Assembly (NCBI RefSeq): GCF_018350175.1 | Contig: NC_058373.1 | Coordinates: forward strand, 114,392,001 to 114,456,000 | Reading direction: 5' to 3' | Source: Felis catus | Taxonomy: Eukaryota | DNA: 64,000 nt | Part shown: positions 34,916 through 47,574 of the stretch, one piece after another | How the letters are laid out: the number at the start of each line of letters is the position of its first letter | Position numbering within the stretch: the stretch's first letter is position 1 | Made by a program: the position numbers and the translations under genes | Notes under the pieces: generated by a model | Databases searched by the model: none | What the model was told of the DNA's origin: nothing | What the model saw: only the letters and a program-made list of their open reading frames with translations

Positions 34916-37900
34916 CTTCAGTTCATAAAAGCTGAAAAAAACCTTAACTCGGGGATTCTTGTCTTATTGGGTCTTGTAACATGATATCTACTTCCTGAGG
35001 ACATGTGCTCTTGGACATGAGATGAGCCTGTGGGAGACCTGCCAGGAGTGGGGAGGACTAGAGAACAGGCAGGGAGACCAGCATCCATGGGGCAGAAAAG
35101 CGCCCCAAACCCTCCACCCAGCCCCCCCCCAACACACACACATGAGAATCCAGAGTGGTGTCCCATCCCTCAGGGTCTCCCAGGCTGGGAAGAAACATTC
35201 GAAGAGGCTGGTGTTCATTTTGCACTGCTTTTAAACTCAGTGAAAATTATCTTTCAGTTGGTTTCAATGTGTTTTAAAGCACAATGAGTATTTTTTTTTT
35301 TTTTTTGCCAGTAGAGAGCTATTATCGAAGAGTGGGCAACCTCTCCAACCTCGAATGGAAAATGGGGAGAGTCACGCATGCCCCGCTTGCTAGAGTGTGA
35401 GGCGAAATGAGATTCATGAGCGTGAAGTGCCTAAGTGATAAACGATGGGTCTGATTTGAGGGGTCTTCGACAAATGCCAGCCTCTAGCCTCTCACGACCA
35501 CCTTAGGGGTTCTGTTGCAACTGCAGAGGCTTCACTTCAACATCTGAATTAAATAAAAGTCAAAGCATTCCTACTCTGAGCCCTCTTTGGGCCAAGAATC
35601 CTACTGGGTGTCACAGAAGCCCCTGCTGTCCTCTCCGTCCCCCGAGGGGCCACCCCTGCTCCGGGAAGAACAGGCCACTTGGGATGGAGCCCTCACCACT
35701 TTCTGGTTGAAGAATGAGTTGGAAAATGAGGAATAGGGCACTCCCCACTCCAGGCCGTGACTTTGAATGGCAAAACGCATCCTAAGCAGGCAGGTGTACA
35801 GCCGATCATCTCCTTCCCAATCACAGAGGCAGGTAGCTCAGGGTACAGATGGACAGCAGATCCTGCGCTCACCAGCTCCCCGCTACAGGGAGCTTCTGGA
35901 ACCTTCCCAGCTTGTTATAGGCAAGCAGCATGGAGGCCTCCAGACCCCAAAGGGCAGCAGAACACACCCTCCCAGGTCAGAGGGATGTGCCAAGTGGTTG
36001 GTCAAGGTGACTGGACCACCAACACCCTTCCAAGAATGAATCTAAGTAGCTATGGTGTCCAGAGGAAGGGGTCCCAGGAGAGACAGGTGGCCCACAGAGC
36101 CAATTCGAAAGTCTTTGCCACTTGTCCCCAGGCAACTGATAAGTGGCTTTCTAGAGACAGGTACCAGCCAGGAGTGGGTGTTTGTGACTTTAGGTGAGGG
36201 CTACAGGACTGGAAGGGACAGGGGACACAGCAGAAGGTAGTCCTGTCACTGAGAAAGCAGCCACCCCAAGCCTTGAGATTCTGGCTCTACAACCTCCTGC
36301 GAAGCGATGAAAGTATTTGCCCCATCCCAACCTGCTCCGTGCCCTAGTCTCTCCTTAACACCACCGTCCACCCAACGCGGCTGCGTGCTCTTTGCACCTT
36401 CTACCCTAGGAAGAAACAGAACGGAGGGAGGGAGGGTACCCTACACAAAATTTTAACACTCTCAAAAAGTCCTTGGGCTCTGGGAACTTTGAAATGCATC
36501 CATGGGGTTATTCTAAGCTCTCTGAAAGTCCCCTGGCTCCAGAGAAGAGAGCACTCTCTGTCGTGAGACCTTGAGTGTAGAGGCTAAGAGCACAGCCTTT
36601 GGAGCCACAAGGCCTGAGCCTGAAGCCCAGCTCTGCTATTTCCCCCCCTGTACCAAAGCACAAGGTACTCAGCCCTCTGGGCCTCAGTCTTCTCTGTAAA
36701 ATGAGGATAACAGATGGCTCTGTAGGGCAGAGCTGGGGCTTACAGTGATGGCTGGACAGAAGAAGCCCTCAGTAAATAAATATTAGCAAGGGTTCCTCCT
36801 CAGCCCAGTGGGACACACTACCAACAACCCCTCGTTTCCTGGAAGAAACACCTGTGCTACAAGGTGGGAAGGTAGTGGAAGGAGGCCTAAAATCTTCATA
36901 GAAAGTGGCTCAAGGACATGCACAGAGTACCCTTCTCCACGGAAATCAGAAACCCCAAAGAGCTGTGCTTTTTTCCATCAGAATGCAGCTCCCGGAGACC
37001 ACCAGGCTATGCAGGCTGCATGGGGCAGAGGCCCTGAGTCTGGAGTAGAAATTTTACCTAGTGTTTCCCTGGATGGGTGGAGACGGAAAGGGATACTGAC
37101 TGGGTGCAGCCCTCCTGTGGCCCCTTTGGTTTTTGTGTCGGACACACAGAAAACATCACTCAGTTGGAAAACAGGGCGTATTAAACTCATCAGCCAGAGG
37201 CCTCGAGGCAGGCTGATTGCCCTGTGGGGACAGGCCCACGGAGGGGGGTGGGGGACAGGCCCGGGGAGAGCCAGTCTGGCCGAGGCCAGGCCTGCACCCA
37301 AGGGTTGGACTTCTCTGGGATGGGAAGGAAAGAGTTAAACCGACGCTGGGCTTTGGGAGGGAGGCTTTGCAGCTATAAACAGTGAGCCAAGGGAGGGAGG
37401 GAGCTGACACAGGATGTGGCCAGGGCTCTAGCTGTCTGATTATTAACTTCACTTTTATTTGGAGGGGGATTCGATTCTCTGTTTTACTTCCCATCAAGGA
37501 AGTGAAAGCCCAGGTCTCGGAGGGGCCTGGTTTCAGATTGTTTTGTCACAGCTCATTCATTTTTCCCCTTAAATAAATAAACAAAACCACCTCTTTGTTT
37601 TCCCCTTAATGAGCGTTCAGCAAATCATCTGTGGGTGGGGCATGAAAGGGGTTTTCTGGAGTCCTTCATGAAGTAACTTAGGCTTATTCTTCTGGAAGGA
37701 AAAAGGAGTCTTCTTTTGGCTTCAGCTTCCTCTAAGACTTTCTTTTCTACCTCCTCTGGAGATCTCAGCCTGAAATCATGACCTCAAGTCCAGCGTAGAC
37801 CTTTCTTGGCTGGCCTCTGGGGCCTGACCTGCAGCCTGGCAACCCTTGTCCCAGGCTCCCACCCCAAGGCCACACAGAGGAAGCAACATCACAGGGCTCA

Positions 37901-38929
37901 GTAGTTAGTCTTCTTGATCAAGCTTGGACCCCTGGTGTTTGTTCCTATGGCACCCTGACATTTCCACTAAAAATAACTTAAAGCAATTAAAAACACAAAA
38001 GGATTCCATTACAGGGCTTAAGAAAACACCATTCCACTGTTCCTTCGCCCAAGGTTCAAAACGCTTGGGAACTTTGTTTCCAACATCACAACCCATTCAA
38101 TAATTTCACGATTCTCTTGCAACAACCCTTTCCTGTTGGTGTGTGAGGTGCCACAGGGGACACAAAGACCACTACCAACTACCACATGGTCCCTCCTGTC
38201 CTGGTGCCCACAATTCAGTGGGGGAAGATGCAGGGGGAGGAAAAACAGGGGAGTCCTGGTGGCAAAGGCTAATGAATGGTACCATAGGTGGGCAGAGGAG
38301 GGGAGGGCCACATTCTGCTGGCAACATTGGGAGGAAAACTGAGGAAGGCTTCTTGGTGGAGCTGATATTTACGCTTGACCTTGCAGGGCTGACAATATTA
38401 CAAGGAATATTCTAAATGCTGAGAAGTACCAAATGACAGACAGTATCAACGTGTGAACCAGGTCCGATATAAGACAACTGGAGTGTGGCCTGTAGGGGCT
38501 GTGGCTCCTCAAGTGGCATTCAGAATGGCATTGAAAGTCCCCAGGGTGGAGAGGGGCTGAAAGGAAACTGCCACTCAGATTCAGCCCCAGGCTGCCAGTC
38601 CTTGACCCTTGGCTTGGACCCCCGTGTGATCTGGGAAGGAGTGGCACTTCATGCTGTGAGCAACAGGATACCACACTTGGATACACACTCCTCTCAGATC
38701 CTGACTCTGGGTTGCCAGACCAACACCTGCTGACCAGTAGGAGCCACTTTACTGCCTCTGACTTCATGCTCTTTCAACACGGGGCAAGAAGAAAGAGCGT
38801 GCCCTGCAAAGAATCCAATTCACTTACAAAAGCTCTGACTTTTGGAATGGCTAGTGGGATGGGATTTCCAAACATCCCTGGGGAAGATGCCAGGGCGTCA
38901 GGTTTTCCTGAAGTTCTTAGAATTTTCCT

Positions 38930-39600
38930 TCCCGCGGCGACCGGGGCTCCGGCCCTGAGTCCGCCGCCCCCCGGCCATGAGGGGGTTAAGCGGCCGCCAA
39001 GATGGCCGACTTGTTTTGCACTTCGGAGGGGTCACGCGGGAGGCTGCCCTTTGCCTTGGGGAGGCTGTCAAGGTCCCGCCGCCCTCTCTGGCGCTATGCC
39101 CCAGGCGGCCTGACGGTATCTCCTCCCCTGCGTGTCCTGCAGTCCCGCAGAACCTTCCAGGCCCAAGGCGAGCCAGACTCGCCTCCAGGCCGGCCTTGGA
39201 CGGCGAGGCAGGGAGGTCCGTCGTCGGGGAGGCAAGGGCCAGGGCTGCGCGTGGCTGCGCCCTTCGGCCCCTAGGAACGCGGGGGACCGGGAGCCTGGGG
39301 ACGAAGGGCCGAGGCCGCTGCCTGGACCGGCTGTCCCAGCATTTCCTCGCCCCGGGCTGAAGCCACCCCAGCTGGTCTCCGGCCGGCCTCCGAGGGCTGC
39401 TCCCGCTCCCGCCGGCCGCCTTCGCAGGGACGCCATGAACGTGGTCGCACTGCCCTCCAGTGGCCAGCCGGCCAAACAGCGCGCGGGGGCCGGCGTGGAT
39501 CCCCTCTCCGGGCTTATCTCCTTAGAGAAGGGCTGCTCCTCTGCTACGTTTGAACACGTGGCCTTGCTCACCCGCGGTTCTCCTTACAGGCGGCCCAAGC
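38930..39600. promoter_or_regulatory. Intergenic (orphan) CpG island with YY1-like and CTCF-like motifs
   Basis: CpG-dense block with CCAAGATGGCCG at 38997-39008 and a CTCF-like 19-mer at 39448-39466. Confidence 0.7.
39448..39466 (-). promoter_or_regulatory. CTCF-like motif
   Basis: Minus strand reads TGGCCACTGGAGGGCAGTG, one core mismatch. Confidence 0.55.
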
Positions 39601-39651
39601 TGCCTCTTGCCACAGTGCACACTGATGGAAAAGCAGGGGACTTGCTTGCTC

Positions 39652-39822
39652 CAGTGGTTCTCAAACTTAAGTATGCACCAGGAACCCCCCCCCCCGCCCC
39701 CCCAGTTAGGTCAAACCCGTGTTGCTGGGTCCCACACCCAGGGTCAGAGAATTTGCATTTCTAACAAGTTCCCGGGGGTTGCTGCTGCCACTGGTCCTGG
39801 GACCACATTTACAGACCAACTA
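39652..39822. mobile_element. MER5A
   Basis: CAGTGGTTCTCAAACTT...GAGAATTTGCATTTCTAACAAGTTCCC...GGACCACA. Confidence 0.75.
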
Positions 39823-40609
39823 GCTCAGTTTGCCCATCCTTTCCTGGGGATTCTGGCATCACTCATTGAATATATAATGCACCTGCTGGGCACTGAGGAC
39901 AAGAAGTGACCATGACCAAGTTCCCACCCTTGTGTGGCTTACTCTAACAAAGGAGATAGACTTGTTTAAACAAATAATTTCATAAACAGATACAAGATTC
40001 CATTTGAAAAAAGTTTTCAAATTCCCGTGAAGGAAGAAAATAAAGCATTCGAAGAACATATATACACGGGAAACTGGTTTCTTTTTTCTTTTTTTTTTTT
40101 TTTTTTTTTATTTTGGTGAGGGGGACTGGTTTCCATTTGGGATGGGCTATTGGAGAAGACCGCCCTGAGGAAACCCTTAAACTGGGGCCAGAAGGAGGAG
40201 GGGAGAGATCTGGGGAGGAACGGATGAGGGGCGTGGCTGCAGGCAGAGCAGGGAGAAGCTGTGGAGGGGCAGAGACTGGAGAGGCAGAGCTGGGGGGCAG
40301 GCAGAGGGTCACAGCAGCCCCCACCAGATCAGCACAACTGGTCCCAGAGACCTGCCTCTTCAGAAGGGTCAACATTCAGAGAAGAGGAGGAGAAAAGGTA
40401 GATACTGAGCTTGCACAGTCACTGCCCTCCCCCATTTGCTCATCATTAGATGGTCCCCCAGGTGTCTTGGTCAAAGCCCAGCCTGCCAGCACACTGTCAG
40501 AGGGATGGATGAATAGAAGCCCCTGCTCAGTGACCCTACAACTATGCGAAGGAAGGCCTTTGGATTAATAGCCTCAAGGGGAGGGAGGAAAGAACACCTG
40601 AAAAAATAC

Positions 40610-40770
40610 ATGCAGCTTTAGAGTCAAACGAATCCAGTTCAAATACTCGCCCTGCTCCCAACTCACTGTGTGATCTCCAGCAAGTGGCCTAACCTCTCTG
40701 AGCCTCAGCTTCCTCATCTGAGAAATGAGGACAGGACAGTACCTACCGCATGGGGTCGTTCTGAAGATAG
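40610..40770 (+). mobile_element. MIR
   Basis: CTGTGTGATCTCCAGCAAGTGGCCTAACCTCTCTGAGCCTCAGCTTCCTCATCTG. Confidence 0.65.
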
Positions 40771-42229
40771 AGTACTAACTACCATTTGCCAAGTGCCTAT
40801 TCCATGCAAAGTCCTGCGCTAAGGGCTTCTCACCCATAACACGAGGTGCCGCAAGGAGTGAGGTTTGATCATGGGAGCCTGACTGTTACCATTTCACAGC
40901 GGCCCCCAGTGCTTTGTACAAGTGGGTACCTTCAGTAGAAGGAGCTTAGTGAGCCCTGGGAACCCAGTAAGCACTCAATAAATGGTGGCCTTCGTTTTTT
41001 AGCCAGAGAAAAGGGACCCTTGCGGAGAGGTGAGCGGGCCGGACAAGACGGCACACCCACTTCTCCCCAGGAGGGCCAGCCCCGGGTCTAGTTAGCCAAT
41101 GCCCGTGTTGGGACGTCAGCTCTTACTCACTCTTCCCAAAGAGCAGCTAATTAGCCTCCCCACAGCCAGGAGCTCCCCAGATGAAAGGTGCTTAATACAA
41201 ATGCAAGGCGTGACCCCCATATTTATAACCCAGGTTCCCTTGGGTGAGGTAGGCCCGGGGGTGGAGAGACAGGCCAGATCAGGGCCTCGCCTTCTTTATG
41301 ACAGAGATTCTCAGGGAAGGTAGCTGGGCTGAGGTGGTTGTGAGCCTGAGAAAAAGGCTCCCGGCTGGTGGGTGTGGGGCCGCCCAGGTCCTGAGAGTGG
41401 GAGGTGCCAGTTGGCTGAGGGGGCAGAATGCTCCAGGTTCCAGGTTGCCTTCTAGACCAGGAGCTTAGAGGGCAGGAGGCGGACAGCTTAGGGTAGGGTG
41501 GGTCACAGCGGGGACTCGGATGCCAGGCTGCTGGGTGGAGATTCCACCTCCACAGTGGCTACATCGTGTCCCCGAGCCTCAGCTTCCTCATCTGCGAAGT
41601 GGGCATAAGGATAGCTGGACCTCACAGCTATTCACCGACAACACTTAGTACAGGCAGCACCTGGCACCCACTGTGTAAAGAATGAGGATTCGTGTATTTG
41701 TTCAATCAACAGACAGTTATCAAGCACTTACTAGGTGCCAGGCAATGGGCGCTGGAAATACAGTCGTGAGCCAAAGAGATCAAGGATCTCTTCCTGTGGA
41801 ACTCACATTCTATATGGAAGACACACAAGAAACACAAGAACCGGGAGATTCCTGATACACTGCCCGGCAACGGGGTGCACTGTGAAGATGACGAGAGACG
41901 GGACACAGGGATGTGACGGGGGTGACATGCCGAACGCAGCGGTCACATACACTCTCCAAGGCGGGTAGAAGCAGGTATGAGCAGATTAAGAAATGCACCG
42001 GGGTTGAAGGGTCACCCCAAAGCTGTCCGGCAAATCGGAGGCTGGAGCCTGGCTCGGCAGCACGGGAACCGCGACCACAGCTGCTGAAGCGGCCACTGAA
42101 GTCCCCTCTTTCCCCCGGAAGAGGGGCTATGCCAGCCTCAGCCACCTGCCCTCATCTCCTCCAGCCAGCGCCTCACACGCACCTTCTCTCTGGATCCTCC
42201 CAGCCACCTACTGGGGCAGTCGCAACCCC

Positions 42230-42580
42230 ATCATCTTCATTGAGGTGACACTTCCATGACAGAAAATGAACCTTTTTAAAGTGAACGATTCGGGGGCATC
42301 TAGCATGTGCGCGAAGTTGTGCGGCCCGGACCCCTATCTGGTTGTGAGTCATCTTCACCCCAAAAGGAGACTCCTATCCATTAAGCAGCTGCTCCCCCTG
42401 CCCCCTCCCCCCAGCCCCTGGAAACTGCCAGTCTGCTTTCTGTCTCTCTGGATTTGCCTCTTCTGATACTCCATATACCCAGACCTTTGGGGCCCGGCTT
42501 CTTTCATTTAGCGTGTTTTCAGGCACGGGCTGGGATTCCGCTTACTTTTTATGGCTGAATAATGCTCCATTGTATGTAAG
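42230..42580 (-). mobile_element. L1MB-like 3' fragment
   Basis: CTCCCCCAGCCCCTGGAAAC...TCTGTCTCTCTGGATTTGCCT...TTTATGGCTGAATAATGCTCCATTGTATG. Confidence 0.7.
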
Positions 42581-44897
42581 CACCTCCATTTTACAGATGA
42601 GGAAACAGACTCGGGGCAAATAATCAACACCCAAAGGTCACAGCCCATCTGTGGCCGACTGGGATTTGATAGCAGCCCGAGTTCCCGCTGTGGAAACATG
42701 CATTCGAGCAGGCCTGCTCCCCAGAGGGCTGGCACCCGGGCACTACTGTCCCAAGAGGAGGGCTGCTGCTGGCACATGCTGGCTCCCCCCGTTGTGACCT
42801 GGCCTCTTCTCAGTACAGGCTCACAGGCGTGGGCAAGGTGGCCTCCCAGTCACCCTGCTCCAGGCAAGGCCAGAGCATGGCTGAAGAGGCCACCTCCTCA
42901 GGGGAAATTCCAGCTCCTGGCCAACCACAGGCGAGGGCACTCATGGGGTTCAAGCCCTCCCTCTCAACTGGGTCATGAGGCTGGGTGGTGACTCAGCCCT
43001 GGGGCTAGCCTGGTGGGCAGGCCACGTCGTGAGCATTTTCCCCAGCCAGCTCCCCGGGCAGAGCTGCGGGTACCTCAATGCACGAGAGTGTATTAAGCAT
43101 TTACTCTATCTATGCCAGGCCTTTAAAGCAGCCCCTCTCTGAAGAGGGTGCCAGCCCCCAAATCGAAAGCGGGTGCTAAGACCAAGGAACAGGGCCTAGG
43201 AAATCCCTGACCTCACTCAAGAAGGCTGCACACAGGCTGGGTCTGCCACAGTCCCCCCCCTTCAGCACAGAGGCACCAGGGCAGGCAGCGCACAGGGGTC
43301 TAGAACGCCCGCCTGGGATGCCCACCTTGGCTCACTCCACGCCCAAGCGAGAAATGGTACTCACTCCCCCTTGACCCCGTTCTGACCCTGCCTAGTGGCC
43401 ATTCATTCCATTCAGTCAGTGCCAGTCACACTGCTGGACACCGAGGATACAGAAGTTTAAAGAAAAAATAGTCCCTGTCCTTTAGAAGCTTAAAAGTGAG
43501 TGAACTAATCCAACTAAGCAAACTAGGAATGACCCCATGGCCGGGGGCGAGGAGCCCAGAGGCCAGGCCCCAACCGCGTGGGCAGCTGCAGCTGAAATGT
43601 GGGTGCACGTGTGTTTGCGTGGATCCCGCAGCTGAGCCCATCTTTAGACTGGAATCGATCCCCCAAGGCAGGTCCATTCAGTAAATTAGCCTGAAAACAC
43701 GGGCCTGTGGGCTGTGGGCTCCTTAACCCCCTACCCCCCACCGGCACCCCCATTCAGGATGCAGAAGGCTTTTCCCAGCAAGGAAAGCTCCCCTAAAGGT
43801 GCCAGTGAGGACGGGCTGAGCCCATCACAGGCTCCAGGAGGCAGTCGTAGGGGTGCTGGGCTGAGCCAAATGGCCAGGGGACATCCAAGCAGGTACGCTG
43901 CCACTGCCCCCTGTGGCATCCCCTGATGACAGAGCACCTCGCAGGTGCCAGGCTCATGCTCAGCACTTCACGTGCAGCGCATGTCTTAAACCCCTGAGAT
44001 TTTTTACCAGTGCTTTGCTCCATGTCAGAGGGCTGGCGGAGGATTTGCATTCTGGTCTGACCTACTCCAGAGTCCACACCCACAGTTCTACTCGCGTTCC
44101 CCAGCCAAGGCTAGCACAACACACGCCCCCATGTACTTGCAGCCTCCTGGCCAGGCTGCCGGAGGGTGGGGGTGGGGGAGGGGTGGGGGAGGGGAAGAAA
44201 TCCCTCAGACAGAGGCCACTTCAACCCTGCTCCTGTCCCTCTTCCCTCTCCCGCCCCAGCTAACCCTTCCAGTTCAGCCAGTTTTTCTGCAGCCAGAAAG
44301 CACCTTCTGCCCCCAAGGAGCCCCCAGAGCAGCAGAAGGGAATAGTCCACACCAAGCCTGCGGAAGGGATTGGGGTTGGGGCTGAGTCCTGGCCAGGTAT
44401 GGGCCTCAGACGGGAGTTGAAATGACCCCCTCGAGCGATCAGATGCTCTAGGTCTGTCCCCACCCCACAGCTGTCATGGCGAACTTGGCAGCAAAAAGGG
44501 AAGGAGGGAGCTAGATCTTCCAGGTGTCTTGGCTGACCTTATACAACCCCAGAGTGCCCCTCGGGCAAGAAGGCAGAGGGAAGGGGTGCGTGGGAAGGCA
44601 GTGATTATCGCCTTCCATGTCAAGGCTGGGCGTGGGGGCCACCTGCCCAAGGAGCATAGCCTGACTGAAAGGCAGGGATGAGATGGGGTAGCCGTGGGGA
44701 AATAGGCCAAGTACAGTCCCCAGAGCCAGACATGGCCACCGAGAGGCCCGGTAACCACAGCCCCATTTCCTGGCCTCTGGTTCAAGCACTTTAATTCATC
44801 CTGAAGCCAGTCTTTACATCCACTCTGGGAGGAGGAAGGTGCATGGGGTCTCTGTTTTCTATATGAGAAGACTGGCACTCAGAAATTTGAGAGTGTA

Positions 44898-45113
44898 TGG
44901 GCACCTGGATGGCTCAGTCGGGTGAGCATCCGGCTCTCGATTTCAGCTCAAGTCATGATTCCAGGGTCATGGGATCGAGCTCCACCTCCAGCTCTCTGCT
45001 GAGCATGGAGCCTACTTAAGATTCTCTTTCTCTCTCTTTCTCTCTCTCTCCTTTTGCCCCTTTCCTCCACTCATGCATGTGCTCTCTCTATGTATAAATT
45101 TTTTAAAAAAGAA
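44898..45113 (+). mobile_element. Can-SINE
   Basis: Head, linker and tail. TSD AGAARTTTGAGAGT. Confidence 0.88.
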
Positions 45114-46808
45114 AAGAAGTTTGAGAGTAAAAAAAAAAAAAAATGTTGAGAATGTGCCCGTAGTCACGCGTCTAGGAAACAATACAATCAGGATTCACAT
45201 CTGGTCCCTCTGGCCCCGAAGGCCCTGCCCTTGACCACTTAGCACTTCCTTGCTGGCTATTCCGGGCACTGGCCTGGCACCTGAGGTGTTCATTCACCGG
45301 ATGAGGGAGGGAGTGGATAAGCAAGTGGACAGGCCTGGGGATAAGTGGAGAAGTGGGTCCACTTGTCCCACAGCCCCCAGTGGGTGAGCAAGTGGGCAGG
45401 TGAATGAGTGGATGAGGGAGGGAGGGGACCAATGCATCAGAAGTGGAGAGTAAACTAGTAAACCAGCAGCTGGATGGTTAACGGCTCAGCCGGAGGGAAG
45501 AGCAGTTGCTGCTGTCACATGGCCTCTGGGAGAGAGGAAGGAATGTGGCTTCGGAGAAACTGGGTGGCCCAGTGGCAGGCTGGCTCACCGTGAATACCCC
45601 CCAGGTCTCCCTCCCTAGACAGCAAGTCTCCAGAACAAGGGGCTCTGGAGGCCCCAGGGCCTCTGCCTGCCAGACACATGCACATTCGATGACCAAGTAT
45701 CCGGCTGGCCTGGTCAATCATCAACGGGCCACTGAGAGCTCAATTGCTTAAGAGGACCCTGGGCCAGGTATCGACCTGCCCACCCCTTCTGGGAGGAATA
45801 GAGGAGCAAGAGACCCATTGGCCCTGCCTGAGGTGTAGGTGGGGGTGGGTGGCTGAGAGGCCCTCACCGCTGCCCTGCACAGGCAGGTAGGCCTGGCCGG
45901 GATAGCCACCCTGTCCACTGGCCGCTGGGCCTGGGGTCAGTGCCCTGGCCTGTTTGCCTAAGGGGGTGGGTTCAAGCTGGCATGGAAGTGGCTCACTGCC
46001 ATGGCCAAGGAGAGCCGACGGCCCCTCCTTCTGGGGTAAGGCCCCACTTGGGCTCTGGACTGGGGGTGGGGGAGGCTAGATGGAGCCAGGAATAAAGATA
46101 ATGTGTGAGAAAGGGGGCGAGGGTAAGGCTGTTGCTCTAATGAGAGGCTGTGTATCTTAGAGCTGGAGGGAGGGGCCCCTAGGGGTCTATGAGCCTACCT
46201 CCCAACACCTTCCATGAAACCCAAAGGGAAAGTCAAGGACAATTCTGTGCATTGACGGGCACACAGAGGGACTCCCCACCCCCAGTCAACTCTCTGGGGG
46301 AGACTGAAGTAAGCAAGAGGCAGGTGGGAGCCCAAGAATCTCTGGAGAACAAGTGCCAGATACTCCTCCACCCAGAGTCATGCCTGGTCAGGCACAGCCC
46401 TGCCTAGCCATGAGTTGTATCCCTACCTCCAATGGGTGCATGTGGGGGTGTGGGACATGTGGTCCAGGGAGGTAACAGGGGGTGTGAAGGGTGGGGGGAG
46501 GGCACACAGAAAGCTGCTCAAACAGCCTGGCTCCCTCCCTTGTGCCCTCTGGCCTTGCATGAGCCACCTGCCGCAAGGAACCCTTTCAGGGGACAGAGAT
46601 CAATACTGCCCTCCTTGGCCTTCCGGTGCAGGGCCCCTTGGGCTAGTTAGCCCCATATCCCCAAATAGGGACCTTCTGGAGACTACACTCCATCCCAGAA
46701 AACACCACAGAGATCAGTCTGAAGACAGAGCAGGGCAGCAGTGGGAAGCTGAGTTTGGGGCTGGGGACCTCCCATCTCTGTCTCAGCATGGGCCCAGAGT
46801 GGGGACGC

Positions 46809-46827
46809 GAGCGCCCTCTGGTGCCTT
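46809..46827 (-). promoter_or_regulatory. CTCF-like motif
   Basis: Minus strand reads AAGGCACCAGAGGGCGCTC, one core mismatch. Confidence 0.5.
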
Positions 46828-47574
46828 CCTGTGGCACAGGCGCATAGAGCTATATGCCCCAGACGGGACTCAAGCGAGCACAGCTTCAAGGCAGCCTCCC
46901 ACAGACTCCAGGAGCATCTTCGGAGCAACCAGCAACTGCCTAAAACCAAAGATTAAGGTGATACAGCCTACATCAAAGAGTCATTGTGAGGACTGCACGA
47001 CATCCGCAGCCCTCTTCGCACCACGTTCTACAAATAATAATAATAACACCAAGAGGAAAAAGCTGTTTGAATCCTCACAACGACCGGGCTGAGGTAGGTG
47101 TTATTTCCAGTTTCCTGATGACATGAGGGCTTGCACAAGAGCACACAGATAGTATCTGGCAGAACGTGGATTTGAGCCTAGATGTGACACCAAACTTGTA
47201 CTGTGTTCTAGGCACTCCACTATAACCACTCGGATCTTAACAAGAGAGGCCATTTCCAGCCAAAGGGTGGCTTTTTCTCTCCTGTCTCCTGCTCCCAAGA
47301 GAGACTGCGCTGCTGGCCCAGCAAAACGGTCCCTCCTTCTGTTGTGGTTGTAAAGTGTCAGTGGTAAGCCCTTGCTTATCTCGTTATACTTTACAAAGGA
47401 CTTTTACCTGTGCTGTTGTCTCATTATCCCTTCACACTTGCCCTGTGAGGGAGGGGCCCGTAGCCCCATACAACATACACCCCCAAAGTCAGCGGTCCAC
47501 TCAAGTTCCAGCCCCATACCCACACAACCCCCACCTGGGGCCAAAGCCAGTACCTGGGATTCCTGTAAAAATCT

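Noticed and set aside
38977..39764. ORFs of 127-210 aa over the orphan CpG island
   Set aside because: Open on both strands because of high GC. The longest runs into MER5A.
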